Translations under genes and position numbers: made by a program | Shown here: one piece after another, positions 9,597-19,081 of the stretch | How the letters are laid out: each line of letters opens with the position of its first letter | How positions within the stretch are numbered: the stretch's first letter is position 1 | The notes under the pieces: model-generated | Told to the model about the DNA's origin: nothing | The model's database searches: none | The model's input: only the letters and a program-made list of their open reading frames with translations | Virus record (IMG/VR): IMGVR_UViG_3300044719_000048 | Coordinates: 64,001-128,000 of that record | DNA: 64,000 nt | Direction: 5' to 3' (one strand) | Source of the DNA: a virus | Taxonomy: Duplodnaviria; Caudoviricetes

Positions 9597-10019
9597 TTAT
9601 GTTCCTGCGGTCTCCTGGAACCGAATGTCCAGTGGGTTTTTGGTTAAGGTATCCGTGCCTACGATCCGAACTTCGTAACCGGGGATCAGGGTATTGGGCG
9701 TGATAGAGCACTTGGCGTAGTCCAGACGAATGCGCGGCTCCCACCTTGAGATAGCCTGAATCATGGCGATCCTCATCTTCGCTGCGGTGACGAGATCGAT
9801 GGGCTCTTGCAGGAACAGTTTCCATTCGGAACCGTACTCAGGCTGAAAGATCTTGCCGCGCTCTCCAATAGAACAGTTGAACAAGTTGAAGAGGCTCGAA
9901 TGAACAATGGACAGTGAGTCAGGCAGTCGGTCAGGCAAAGCGTCCTGGGTGACCCTGCTGTTGACGTCTATCCATGTTGCCCCTGACAGGGACAGTTCAA
10001 AGTTGGTAGGCTGTGGCAT
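9597..10019 (-). CDS. Baseplate wedge protein, gp25/GPW family
   Basis: SLFNLFNCSIGERGKIFQPEYGS...LQEP...AISRWEPRI signature. Confidence 0.9.
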   Translation of the reverse strand: MPQPTNFELSLSGATWIDVNSRVTQDALPDRLPDSLSIVHSSLFNLFNCSIGERGKIFQPEYGSEWKLFLQEPIDLVTAAKMRIAMIQAISRWEPRIRLDYAKCSITPNTLIPGYEVRIVGTDTLTKNPLDIRFQETAGT

Positions 10020-10030
10020 GTTGTCCTCAA

Positions 10031-10038
10031 ATGAAATT
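10031..10038 (-). promoter_or_regulatory. AATTTCAT promoter-like motif (class A)
   Basis: In the 19-nt gap directly before the GAGGA RBS of the gp25-like gene. Confidence 0.5.
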
Positions 10039-10884
10039 CTACACTATGCTGGTGATGATGCCGTCTTGCACGGTTATGGTCTTGTTCTCCTTGGAGTGGA
10101 ACACGCCACTAGCACCGTTGCCCGCCGACAGACTACCCGTTGAAGACGTACTCGGCGCGTTTAGGCTGATCCCACCGCCACTTATCGTGACCAGACCGCT
10201 ACCACTTATAGTAATCGTTGGGGCGTTCAGCGAAATCGAGCTACCAGCAGTTTCTGTGATAGTGTCGGCACTTAAGCTGGCCGCGCTCTGTACGCTTTCA
10301 GTCTGGTTCCCTTGGATGTTCAAGGTGCTGTTCCCTTGAACCGTCGTGTCTTGATTACCACCTATGGTGGAGGTCTGGTTGCCAATCACGTCTTCGCTCA
10401 GGTCCTTCGCAACGTGCAGGTTGACGTCTCCTGCGCCGTCGTACTTCAGGGTCGTACCCGACTGATGCGTGAACTCCCATGCGCCTGTATCCATATTTAC
10501 CCACAGCTCCGAACCTCCTGGGTCCTTGAACCCCCAAGTGTTGGGATTGCTGAACTTGGGATTGGCGTGCGCAGCCAGATACTCGTCGCACTCGTAGACG
10601 GGGTGATGCGGATCGCCTCCTTGGAAGGACACCCGCACTGGCGATCCGACCTTGGGTGCGCCGTACACTCCGTAGTTGGGACCCTGTCCGAACGGAGACT
10701 TCTTGGACGGCAGGCACCACGGTATGGGACCTTGATCGCTGTCCAGAAGCTCTGGTATCCGAACCTTGACACGAGCAATGCCCAGTGGGTCGTTGTTCTC
10801 TACGACGGTACCCACTACAAAGCCGTCGTACTTGTCGTCCTGCTCTGCATCAGAGAGACGATCGTTCACTGAGTTCATTGTCAT
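10039..10884 (-). CDS. Baseplate central spike (gp5/gpV/VgrG OB-fold plus beta-helix)
   Basis: GTVVENNDPLGIARVKVRIP...PKVGSPVRVSFQGGDP.HPVY, followed by GNQT..I/V beta-helix repeats. Confidence 0.9.
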   Translation of the reverse strand: MTMNSVNDRLSDAEQDDKYDGFVVGTVVENNDPLGIARVKVRIPELLDSDQGPIPWCLPSKKSPFGQGPNYGVYGAPKVGSPVRVSFQGGDPHHPVYECDEYLAAHANPKFSNPNTWGFKDPGGSELWVNMDTGAWEFTHQSGTTLKYDGAGDVNLHVAKDLSEDVIGNQTSTIGGNQDTTVQGNSTLNIQGNQTESVQSAASLSADTITETAGSSISLNAPTITISGSGLVTISGGGISLNAPSTSSTGSLSAGNGASGVFHSKENKTITVQDGIITSIV

Positions 10885-12005
10885 TGCGCACCTATTACTG
10901 TCTCGTTAGTGCCGTGTCGGCACAGGCCCAGCTTTTCTGAATAGTTGGCACCCTGCACGTAGATCGCTCGACCCGTGACGGTATAGGTGCCACTGTTTGG
11001 AGTGTCCTGGCTCGTGGCCTCCGTCTGAAGACTCAACGATAGCCGTTCGCACAACTGCACTGCTGTCGTGTCCACCATCAAGGCCTCCAAGCCTAAGCTG
11101 AACAGGTTGCGGTACCTCAGATTCTGATACGCAGCCTTCTCGTAGTTCAGGTGTACGTTTCCAGCGTCGATAGGTCCGAACCTCACGGCACCTCGGCCGA
11201 GCGTCTGCTTGAGCGTATCATTGTAGTGCGGCGTCTTCACGTCAGGAGTGAACGAAAGGTTCTTGTTCGCCGTCCAGATGTCGTTCACCGTTACCGACTG
11301 AGATACCCGCATGTTTTGATAGCCGGACAGGGCGTTGTTCAGACCTGACGAGGCACTCAGCTGTATGTCGGAGGCGGTCATCGCGTCCTCCGCGTACGTA
11401 TAGCCAATGATCTTCTGCTTGGGTTCGGGTAGGTTGTTGACGTCTTTGAGTCTCAGAGTTCCGTCGAGGTCGACGCACAAAATCATGCATGAGGTGTCGT
11501 TGATCCATGAGTGATCGGCCACGTCTTTCGCCCATGCCCGATACAGTCGATTGCGTGGCACCCATATCTGACTATCGTTGGTTGTCGTGCCGTCGTACTT
11601 TAGTCCGCACGTAGATGCTATCTCCTGAAGTACGTTGCTGGCGGTGCCTTCGATAGTCCTGACCGAAGACGCCAGCCAGTACAGAGGAGCATCCCAATAG
11701 CCATAGATGCTCCAGGTGTAGGCCTCACCAGAGAACACCCGCTTGTGGTTGAACTTGCGGAACAGGTAGGTCCGACTGTCCTTGCCGTTAGGCTTCACCA
11801 CGATACGAAGAGGAGTACCGTCGAGAATACCGATCTTGTCGAAGACGTGCTGGACATCAGTGATCTGGAATCCGCAGACGGGTAATGCCTGACGCACTGT
11901 TGTTGCGATGTGCAGCCAGTTCAGAAGGTTGAGTGCCCCTAAAGGGTACTCCTTGTCGGCGATGAAAATCGAAATCTCGATTTGTCCGTTCACCAAATAG
12001 GACAT
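10881..12005 (-). CDS. Baseplate hub protein (gp27/gpD-like)
   Basis: Start taken at MSYLVNG (AGGAGA RBS). GTASNVLQEIASTCGL and SGTYTVTG motifs; lies between the gp53-like gene and the spike gene. Confidence 0.65.
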   Translation of the reverse strand: MSYLVNGQIEISIFIADKEYPLGALNLLNWLHIATTVRQALPVCGFQITDVQHVFDKIGILDGTPLRIVVKPNGKDSRTYLFRKFNHKRVFSGEAYTWSIYGYWDAPLYWLASSVRTIEGTASNVLQEIASTCGLKYDGTTTNDSQIWVPRNRLYRAWAKDVADHSWINDTSCMILCVDLDGTLRLKDVNNLPEPKQKIIGYTYAEDAMTASDIQLSASSGLNNALSGYQNMRVSQSVTVNDIWTANKNLSFTPDVKTPHYNDTLKQTLGRGAVRFGPIDAGNVHLNYEKAAYQNLRYRNLFSLGLEALMVDTTAVQLCERLSLSLQTEATSQDTPNSGTYTVTGRAIYVQGANYSEKLGLCRHGTNETVIGAQ

Positions 12006-12013
12006 GTGGTCTC

Positions 12014-12352
12014 CTAGATCGTGAGGGTCTGCTGTTGCGACTGAAGCTGTGAATTCAGGTACTGAATGACAGCTGCCTTGGCCGGGAGTTTCAAGATCTG
12101 ACCTGGGTACATATCCTGGATCGGGTCTTGCATGCCGTTGTAGGCCAGCAGCATTCGCCACATCGAGACGTCACCGTAGAACCGGAAGGCTATACCTGCG
12201 AGGTTGCCAACGTCCGGATCGCTGATCACTAGAGTCTGAACAGCTGGAAGAGCGAACCGAATGTTCTTATACGCCGACTTCACGAAGTTGTAGGCCGTAC
12301 CTGTGTTATCCAACGGAGTGAACCGCGAGTAGTCGTAGTCTGAGGAAATCAT
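12014..12352 (-). CDS. LysM-like baseplate protein (T4 gp53/P2 gpX-like)
   Basis: LAGIAFRFYGDVSMWRMLLAYNGMQDP..DMYPGQILKLP signature. Confidence 0.8.
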   Translation of the reverse strand: MISSDYDYSRFTPLDNTGTAYNFVKSAYKNIRFALPAVQTLVISDPDVGNLAGIAFRFYGDVSMWRMLLAYNGMQDPIQDMYPGQILKLPAKAAVIQYLNSQLQSQQQTLTI

Positions 12353-13173
12353 CAGGCTCTCCTAGCGAAGATCTGGTCCAAGTCATCTTGGGTGACAAGG
12401 AACAGTGGTTTGAAACGAATTGATACCTTGGCATGCAAGGGGAGGCCCGTACGCGTATCGATTTGATTCGACCACGTCTCTTGTGCGGACATGATGACCA
12501 CGGAGTCGAAGAATGCGTAGTTACCGATCTGCACGCTGATCTGATTGCGAACAACAGACTTCCAGAACTGCGCACCGCCCAAGCCGTTCTGCGCGGTGGG
12601 TGGGCTGTTGGCCTGCTGATTGGAATTCAGGTTGGCATTAGGTCCGTTCAGTCCTCGGTCGGTACGTAAGGTACCGGAGATGCCTGTTACGCTGCCCAAT
12701 GCGTTAAGAGCCTGCTTCGATTCATTCAGCAGCGTAGAGCCCGAAGACGACAGGATCTTGCCGGTATCCTGTAGGCTTATACGTGGCCCTGGGCTCTTGA
12801 GCAAGCCTGTTGCAGCATCGACAGAGGCAGCAGCCAACTTCAGGAGCGTCAGCACCGGTTGGCGCACATCGGCATCCGGATCGTCATAGGTCTGAAAGTC
12901 CAGCTCCAGGCTCATGTCGTTCTCTGTGGCGCCTTGCCATAGTTGTGCCGTCATCGCTTGCGTGGTCAACCTCACACCCAGAGACGACAATGCAGTAGCA
13001 GCATTGCCAGACCCTAGCATGCCCTGCGCAAAAGGTGTTGCGTATTCGGACGATGTATCGTACGCCGTGCTCTCGGGCAGAGGTGCCGTCACCGTGGGGC
13101 CTGCGAGTCCAGGGTTTGCGGGATCCGGCACCTGCTTGATGATGACCAAATAATCAGGGTTGTTGATTCTCAT
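12352..13173 (-). CDS. Tail tube initiator/baseplate cap protein (gp48-like)
   Basis: LWQGA...MSLELDF and C-terminal GLPLHAKVSIRF tube-fold pattern; fits the synteny. Confidence 0.55.
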   Translation of the reverse strand: MRINNPDYLVIIKQVPDPANPGLAGPTVTAPLPESTAYDTSSEYATPFAQGMLGSGNAATALSSLGVRLTTQAMTAQLWQGATENDMSLELDFQTYDDPDADVRQPVLTLLKLAAASVDAATGLLKSPGPRISLQDTGKILSSSGSTLLNESKQALNALGSVTGISGTLRTDRGLNGPNANLNSNQQANSPPTAQNGLGGAQFWKSVVRNQISVQIGNYAFFDSVVIMSAQETWSNQIDTRTGLPLHAKVSIRFKPLFLVTQDDLDQIFARRA

Positions 13174-14603
13174 TGTAGTCCTACCAAAGTTTTGCCCGGA
13201 CCTTTGATCAGATCGGTGGGGCTATTGTTGGACGTTATGACCGGAGTAGTGCTCTGAGCTGCGGTCTTGAGTGTGGTCTTGCGTGGAGGCTCCACATATC
13301 GAGACTCGGCCATACGCGGTTGATCCGTTACTAAGGCCGTAGCAGAATTGGCCTCCCTGTAAGCACGCTCGTAGTTGGCGATCTGGAACTCAAGGAAGTC
13401 TTGAGCACTCATGCTGGCTTTCATGCCGTTTTGCTGCATAGCCAGCAGCGTTGCTGGACTGGCTTCACCACCTTTCATGACATTGATAATGCCGGGACCA
13501 ATGTTGTGCATCATGTATAGGTTAGCTCCCGTCACAGGAAGTCCAGCCTGCCTGAGCAACGTGGCGTTCTGGGAAGCCAACAATGCAGTGGCCAAAGTGT
13601 TGATGCGCTTATCAAAACGGGGGTCCTCCTCTGTTCTGAAGTTGCCGTTTGGATTGGGCTTTACGTGAGGCCGTATCGGCCTCCCCTTCGCATCCTTCTC
13701 CTCTCGGTAGATGCCAGTGATAGGCTGCATGCCAATGGCTGCACCACCTTTCGAGATCAACGCATTCCACGTACTGGCTACAAACTGACCCGTACCGATA
13801 GCACCAGTGGGAGACATCTTGCCTGTCCAGCCAGACTCCATCTTGATGAAGCCCCGCAGCACGTCCAGTGGAAGTGTCGGGAACATCGTTGAGGCTTCTC
13901 GTATGTAACCATCCACGTCGGCGCCGAAGCCCGTGAACTTTTTGCCCTCCTTGGCTTTATAGATTTTCTGCGTCGCGAAGGCGCGCTTTATGGCCTTGAC
14001 CGCTGAGCTTTCAGTGATAGTTTCCAGCGTGGACTTGGGCTGTGCGGCTACCGGATTCGGAAGTTCTTCAACCACTGCTCCGGTAGGTGCAGTGTCTATC
14101 TCTTCCACTTCAGGCTTGGCGAAATACTTCCGATACAAAGCAACGCCACCTGCCACTGCGGCGGCGATGCCTAAGCCTATGAGTACCTCAGGCGTCAGCA
14201 CCGCGGCAACGGCTGTCGCAGCGGCCTCGAAGAGGGGAACGATGACCCAGCGTAGGGCTGCGCGTGCGGCGATTCGTACCAGGTTCATTGCCATGCGTGC
14301 GGCAAAGCGGAGTATGGGGCGCATGATGGCCTTTATCAGCCGTTTGCCCACCATCTCCATGACCTTACCCATAAGGCGGCCCATCACATCACGCTCAGGC
14401 TCACCTTCCTCTAGGCGCGTTGCCATTTCTACCACTGACTGCATGGCCTTCTTAGCCTGTCGGCTGTCATGCGCCTTCTTGCCCAGCTTCGTCAGCAGCC
14501 GCTCTAGCTTGGTAGTAGCGACCGCCAGCCGTTGAAGACCGTCGAAGGCTTCCAAGACTGGACGGTCTTCTCTGGTCGGGAATCGGTCCAGAGTGTAGTT
14601 CAT
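13170..14603 (-). CDS. Tail-associated lytic transglycosylase (SLT domain)
   Basis: IKMESG...TGAIGTGQFVASTW catalytic motif and LYMMHNIGPG; hydrophobic segment upstream. Confidence 0.8.
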   Translation of the reverse strand: MNYTLDRFPTREDRPVLEAFDGLQRLAVATTKLERLLTKLGKKAHDSRQAKKAMQSVVEMATRLEEGEPERDVMGRLMGKVMEMVGKRLIKAIMRPILRFAARMAMNLVRIAARAALRWVIVPLFEAAATAVAAVLTPEVLIGLGIAAAVAGGVALYRKYFAKPEVEEIDTAPTGAVVEELPNPVAAQPKSTLETITESSAVKAIKRAFATQKIYKAKEGKKFTGFGADVDGYIREASTMFPTLPLDVLRGFIKMESGWTGKMSPTGAIGTGQFVASTWNALISKGGAAIGMQPITGIYREEKDAKGRPIRPHVKPNPNGNFRTEEDPRFDKRINTLATALLASQNATLLRQAGLPVTGANLYMMHNIGPGIINVMKGGEASPATLLAMQQNGMKASMSAQDFLEFQIANYERAYREANSATALVTDQPRMAESRYVEPPRKTTLKTAAQSTTPVITSNNSPTDLIKGPGKTLVGLQ

Positions 14604-16249
14604 GAGATCATACCTAGGTTGAGGATATTCAGTGCAGAGTCGCCACTGTCGAAGCCAAACGAACCCATGCCGATCTGCGCTATAGCGGCCTTAGACTTCT
14701 CCTCTGCCGTCTTCTCCTCAGCCTGCTTTTCGGGACTGTCGTACGAACGACCGGGTAAGAACCTAGGCATGTCGCCAATCACTTGAGTGGATACCGGCGT
14801 TGCAGCGCTCGACTTGTTCAGCATTTCCTGCGGATTTGCCACCGTAGTAGGGGCAGGGACGGTAGATACCTCCGTTGCCTGCTGAACGGCCGTTGCTGCC
14901 TGACTTGAAGAGATCTCACCTACCGCAGTAGAGGCCGAGGCCTGCGGGGCTTGAGCAGGAGTCACCAACGTCTTTGCCTGCTCGATGTCAGAGCCTGCGG
15001 TCTTCACTTGCTGCGCACGTGAGCCATACATGGTGACGCGGCTCTGCCAGTAATTGACGCTCAGCTGCGCTTCGTCAACGGCCTTCTTATTGGCAGCAGT
15101 TGGGTTAGCAGTGTAACGCGCTGTTGCTTCGGACAGACGCTGTTGCGCTTGCGCCAGACCAGACTGCTGAGTGGGCAGCGCCTTCTTAGCCTCTTCCGCA
15201 CTGATCTCTTTCGGCAGCTCCGTCGTTTTGGCGACAGGTTTGACCTCAGCCCTCGTCTCCGACTTCTTTTTCTCCTTGGTGCCGAACCCAAGCAACGACT
15301 TGACCTTATCGATGATCCAGTCAAGGGAATCGGTGCCTAGCTTCTTCGTTTCCTCCCAAGTAGAGTCCACAAACTTGGAGATGTTGTCGAAGTTGAGGAG
15401 CCTCGATACCTCGTCGGTTATGGACTGAATGAGCTGAGGATTCATGACAGCCATCAACAAGGGCCTGCTAATCATGTCGAAGAGGTCGGACGCCTTAGAT
15501 GCTCCCGACTTCGCTTTGGACCATGCTCTGCCGAAAGGCGAGAACACGGCTTTGAGCTTGCGTAGCCAAATGTTGGCTCTACGTTCCTCGTCGTTCTCTT
15601 CGTTTGACCGTGAGAACCTCTCGTACAGAGAGGACACGCGATCACGAATAGCACCTGCCGTGTCGCGTATCATCTGCATCACTTCGGTACGCTGCTGATC
15701 AGCGCGCTCCTGTCGATCGAGTACGCGATCCATGAGCGCTCGATTCTGCGGAGTCTCCGGCGCACCCTGCTCAGGCTCAGAGCGGTCGAGAAGACGGTCC
15801 AGAGGATTGCGCTCGCCGGCAGGGACCTGCTGCGGTACTGGCATCGCGCGTATGCGTTCGAGTGCAGACTCCACTCTGGTTCGTATCGTCTGCTCCTGCT
15901 GCTCGAATTCGTCGTGCACCTGCCCGAGTATGTCCTCGATGGCCTGACTCATCACGTCTTGGAACGCACGGTTGAACAAGCGTTCTTGCGCGCGGTCTGT
16001 CAGGGCTTTCTTGCCAGATTCGATGCGCTTGCGCTCAAGGCTGTCTACTACTTGATTGGCGGTCTTCACCGCGTCTTCAACACCTTGATCGAAAATCTGC
16101 CCCGCTAGTTCGTGTTGCTCAGCCAGCAGTTTGGATATGGCGTCCAAGTCTTCTTTTGAGCCCTTGCCTGCCAGTATCCTATCGATGTGGGCATGCCCTG
16201 CGTCTTGCAGGGAGTCCCACTTCGATTGATTTCGTGCATTGAGTGTCAT
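14600..16249 (-). CDS. Putative tape measure protein
   Basis: 549-aa helical, A/Q/E-rich protein between the chaperone pair and the SLT gene. Confidence 0.55.
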   Translation of the reverse strand: MTLNARNQSKWDSLQDAGHAHIDRILAGKGSKEDLDAISKLLAEQHELAGQIFDQGVEDAVKTANQVVDSLERKRIESGKKALTDRAQERLFNRAFQDVMSQAIEDILGQVHDEFEQQEQTIRTRVESALERIRAMPVPQQVPAGERNPLDRLLDRSEPEQGAPETPQNRALMDRVLDRQERADQQRTEVMQMIRDTAGAIRDRVSSLYERFSRSNEENDEERRANIWLRKLKAVFSPFGRAWSKAKSGASKASDLFDMISRPLLMAVMNPQLIQSITDEVSRLLNFDNISKFVDSTWEETKKLGTDSLDWIIDKVKSLLGFGTKEKKKSETRAEVKPVAKTTELPKEISAEEAKKALPTQQSGLAQAQQRLSEATARYTANPTAANKKAVDEAQLSVNYWQSRVTMYGSRAQQVKTAGSDIEQAKTLVTPAQAPQASASTAVGEISSSQAATAVQQATEVSTVPAPTTVANPQEMLNKSSAATPVSTQVIGDMPRFLPGRSYDSPEKQAEEKTAEEKSKAAIAQIGMGSFGFDSGDSALNILNLGMIS

Positions 16250-16252
16250 GCT

Positions 16253-16417
16253 TTACCCCACGAAGATCTTGCCGGCCTCTGCTGCCTTAAAGCGCTCATT
16301 CCTTCGGTTCTCAGCCAAGGAGGCCATGAACTGAATCTCATAGAGTGGCGTGGAATCCGGCAAGTGGATATGATATTCAGCAGCAATCAGTCCGTGCATC
16401 TCCAGATAGGACTTCAT
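16253..16417 (-). CDS. Tail assembly chaperone C-terminal ORF (lambda T / T4 gp51-like), probably also reached by -1 frameshift
   Basis: 54-aa ORF in the -1 frame overlapping the chaperone stop (ATGA), directly upstream of the tape measure gene. Confidence 0.55.
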   Translation of the reverse strand: MKSYLEMHGLIAAEYHIHLPDSTPLYEIQFMASLAENRRNERFKAAEAGKIFVG

Positions 16418-17448
16418 GCTGCCAATGGGAAAAAACTGTGGGCCTCGATCTCCAGTTCGTCGGTGTGAATGTGTCCGCACGTCTTGCAGGTCCACTTGAG
16501 GGACTCGACCACGCCGTAGTCGGAAATCGCTTTCTCATAACGGGCGATGGTAGCAATGTCGTCGCCGCTCATGTCGTCCACCAGCTGCATGCGCTCTTGC
16601 AGGGATGCATTCCGGTCAACGAGCTGAATCGAGGCTGCGGTGCGCGCAGTGAAACGGTCGATGTTTTCGTTCATGGTGATCTCCAGAACGTCTTTCATCA
16701 GAATCGGCACGAGCTTGATTCCCTGATAATCCAACGCGAATTCCTCCGGGTTCGGAAGCACCTTCAGCTGCTTGGTCTTCAGCGTGGCGCTGGTGATGAG
16801 CGTTGCGTACTTCAGCGTGTCGGGTTCAACCTTCACCAGCTTGCCATCGACTGGACGACCGTTGTTCACCCAGTCATGGTGAACCTTGGAGCGGCACATC
16901 GTCTGATGCGTGAAGCCATGCTTGAGGAACGAATGCATACGCAGCCAATACAGACAGGCGTAGTAATCGGGAAGCGTGAGCTCGAAGGCTAGGCCCGTAG
17001 GATACGCCGCGTTGGAGATGACCGAGGACACGACCTCGATCATGTGCAGCATGGACTGCTCCTCGCGAGCACGGTGCAGCTTGGCGAAGTGCCGTCCCTT
17101 GAACGGTCGAATGTACAGGTCCTTGAACTGGTCGTAGACCAGAAAGTTGGAAGGCAGAGCGAACGATACGGCCTCGGCTTCCGAGTTGGGCGTCACATGC
17201 ACATACGGCTGCGGTTCAGGAATGGGTGCTGCCATTGGTTGCGGCATCTGCGGACGACCTTGCGGAGCCACTGTACCTTGAGTGGTGAGCGAGATGCCGG
17301 CTGCTGCAACCTTGGGCTGACTAGCCGCCTGCTGGGCCTTCACATGAGGGTGATGCGGATTGTGAACCGTGCCGGGCTTGACGCGGTTTTCCATTTGCTG
17401 CCGTTTTTCTGCCGGGAAGGGTACGAATTGTTCTGAGGAGTTTTCCAT
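16414..17448 (-). CDS. Baseplate hub/tail assembly chaperone (T4 gp26-like)
   Basis: LPS...LYIRPF, LYWLRMHS, C-terminal CKTCGH...FF pattern; P/Q-rich N-terminal extension. Confidence 0.7.
   Translation of the reverse strand: MENSSEQFVPFPAEKRQQMENRVKPGTVHNPHHPHVKAQQAASQPKVAAAGISLTTQGTVAPQGRPQMPQPMAAPIPEPQPYVHVTPNSEAEAVSFALPSNFLVYDQFKDLYIRPFKGRHFAKLHRAREEQSMLHMIEVVSSVISNAAYPTGLAFELTLPDYYACLYWLRMHSFLKHGFTHQTMCRSKVHHDWVNNGRPVDGKLVKVEPDTLKYATLITSATLKTKQLKVLPNPEEFALDYQGIKLVPILMKDVLEITMNENIDRFTARTAASIQLVDRNASLQERMQLVDDMSGDDIATIARYEKAISDYGVVESLKWTCKTCGHIHTDELEIEAHSFFPLAA
16429..16435 (-). other. Candidate -1 ribosomal frameshift heptamer T TTT TTC
   Basis: In-frame X XXY YYZ (AGT TTT TTC) four sense codons before the stop; the -1 frame is open to 16253. 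Confidence 0.6.
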
Positions 17449-17458
17449 TTATGGCCTC

Positions 17459-18442
17459 TTAGAATAGTTGTTTGATTGCGGACCTAGCCGTGTTCCTGAC
17501 GAGGTCACGTGCGCTGCCTTTGAGTGCGGAGAGAAGTGCTTGTCCTGAAAGATTGCTATTCACCTTGAAGGCTGTCATGAAGACATCGCCTGCGCTGAAG
17601 TTCACGCTGTAGGTCAGCCTCGTCGAGCTTTGACTATCCAGCTGTATCTGATCGAGGTTGGTGGGCCAGCACTCGATGTACTCCAACATCAGAATCACTG
17701 CCTTGGACTGGTCAACGAGATAGATGCGGATGGGCTTCCAGTAATCGGAAGGACGCCCAAAGCCTCCACCCACCGTAACCGCACCAGACCCGAAGGGCGC
17801 CAGAATTGCGCCGTCCCAGGACATCAGGTAGTTCAATGACTTGTTCTCAACGTCTGCGTAGAAGTTCAGACGCAGGTTGTCTACGTTGTATGTACCGGCA
17901 ACCTTTCGGTTACGGCCAGAGCCATAGATCTGACGTACCTCATAGGTACGGAATGACGGAGCGGCTTCTTCGACATAGCTCCAGTCGAGGTTCGCAGGCG
18001 CACCGTCAATAGGCGTGACAGTAGGGAGCTCGCAGTACCACTGGAAACTCATCATGGGGTCGGCGCGACCTAATGCACCCTGCAAGGTATTTACGATGCC
18101 ATTACTAGAGCCGAAGACACCGCCACTAGAGGACAGCCCGAATGCCGCACCGAACTGGCCGAGTACGTCCTGCGGCCCTTTGGCAAGAGTCGTTAAGGCA
18201 CCGCTGAAATCTCCAGTGGCTGCTTGGGCTGCTGCCGCGCGAATGTCGTTCACTCCGACGTTGAGCGCACTGGAGACAGCTCCACGGACGTCTGCGGCAC
18301 CAGCCTGCATTATCGACTTGGGTATGTGCAGGACTTCCGTTGCAGTGGCTTGGATCGCCGTTGACACCTGCCTGTTGACCTCTTTCGCCAACACGGAGCC
18401 CGCCTGCAGCTTCTTTCCTAATATATCATTGAGAGATGGCAT
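17459..18442 (-). CDS. Tail tube-fold protein (gp19/gp54-like)
   Basis: LRLNFYAD...NYLMSW and IYLVD...EYIECWPTNL..IQLD...YSVNFS tube-family pattern. Confidence 0.7.
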   Translation of the reverse strand: MPSLNDILGKKLQAGSVLAKEVNRQVSTAIQATATEVLHIPKSIMQAGAADVRGAVSSALNVGVNDIRAAAAQAATGDFSGALTTLAKGPQDVLGQFGAAFGLSSSGGVFGSSNGIVNTLQGALGRADPMMSFQWYCELPTVTPIDGAPANLDWSYVEEAAPSFRTYEVRQIYGSGRNRKVAGTYNVDNLRLNFYADVENKSLNYLMSWDGAILAPFGSGAVTVGGGFGRPSDYWKPIRIYLVDQSKAVILMLEYIECWPTNLDQIQLDSQSSTRLTYSVNFSAGDVFMTAFKVNSNLSGQALLSALKGSARDLVRNTARSAIKQLF

Positions 18443-18514
18443 GATGGGTCCTCAAAGGGAACCCACGAGAATAGCTGGAGAGGGATCCTCATGAGCCAGC
18501 TACGCTCATGGGTT

Positions 18515-18561
18515 AAAAAAGAGAGAACGGCTATTCGTGGCCTACAGCCTAGCCGTTCTCT
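18515..18561 (-). terminator. Intrinsic terminator
   Basis: AGAGAACGGCTA-16 nt loop-TAGCCGTTCTCT then CTTTTTT on the - strand. Confidence 0.8.
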
Positions 18562-18627
18562 AAACGCGGAGACTGCACCCTTCCGCGAGTCGGCTGCAAG
18601 CAACCCAGCTCCGCGTGTAGGCACAAC
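18515..18627 (-). ncRNA. Candidate ~110-nt structured small RNA or leader RNA
   Basis: Starts right after AATTTCAT. Predicted three-way junction with a G(CUUG)C tetraloop, then a 12-bp terminator stem and U tract. No credible ORF. Confidence 0.45.
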
Positions 18628-18635
18628 ATGAAATT
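18628..18635 (-). promoter_or_regulatory. AATTTCAT promoter-like motif (class A)
   Basis: Directly after the stop at 18637 and before the structured non-coding region. Confidence 0.5.
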
Positions 18636-18636
18636 G

Positions 18637-19080
18637 TCATCCCCAGAGCCATACGATGTTGGCTGGAGGTCCTCCCGGATACCAGGCCGGCATAGGTCGG
18701 TTGAGATCCAGAGTAGGGCTGATGTTGCGCCCTTGTGGTGCCAGATAGAAGCCTGAATGCTCGTCGGTGTTCAGGTTGGGGCTCTTCAATCGAACCTGCA
18801 GATCGCGCGTCACCACTTCTCTTGCGTGGTCAGGCGCAACCAGCAAGTCTGGACCAGTCTGATACAGCACCCACAGAGTGGCCAGCTCCTTGCTAGGAGC
18901 CCGATTGACGCCCAGAGTTTGAAGTGCGCTCTCCAGCTTGGGCTCATTACCTTCGTAGTAGACACTGAGCTCTCGTGTGGATGGCTGATTCTGAATGGCG
19001 ATGACATCACGAATGATCTGACCTTCGACTTGGGACGTGAAGTGATCCCACATCAGACCTATGACATAGGGAGCTCTCAT
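18637..19080 (-). CDS. Hypothetical protein
   Basis: 147-aa ORF closely packed in the portal operon. Confidence 0.65.
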   Translation of the reverse strand: MRAPYVIGLMWDHFTSQVEGQIIRDVIAIQNQPSTRELSVYYEGNEPKLESALQTLGVNRAPSKELATLWVLYQTGPDLLVAPDHAREVVTRDLQVRLKSPNLNTDEHSGFYLAPQGRNISPTLDLNRPMPAWYPGGPPANIVWLWG

Positions 19081-19081
19081 A

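Noticed and set aside
4337-17448. Type VI secretion system or tailocin/eCIS locus
   Set aside because: The same contig carries portal, terminase, polymerase and primase genes, so this is a phage tail module.
18515-18627. tRNA or hammerhead ribozyme; also the 68-aa ORF at 18418-18624
   Set aside because: No T-loop GTTC, anticodon arm or CCA, and no CUGANGA/GAAA core. The ORF has no RBS and runs through a terminator.
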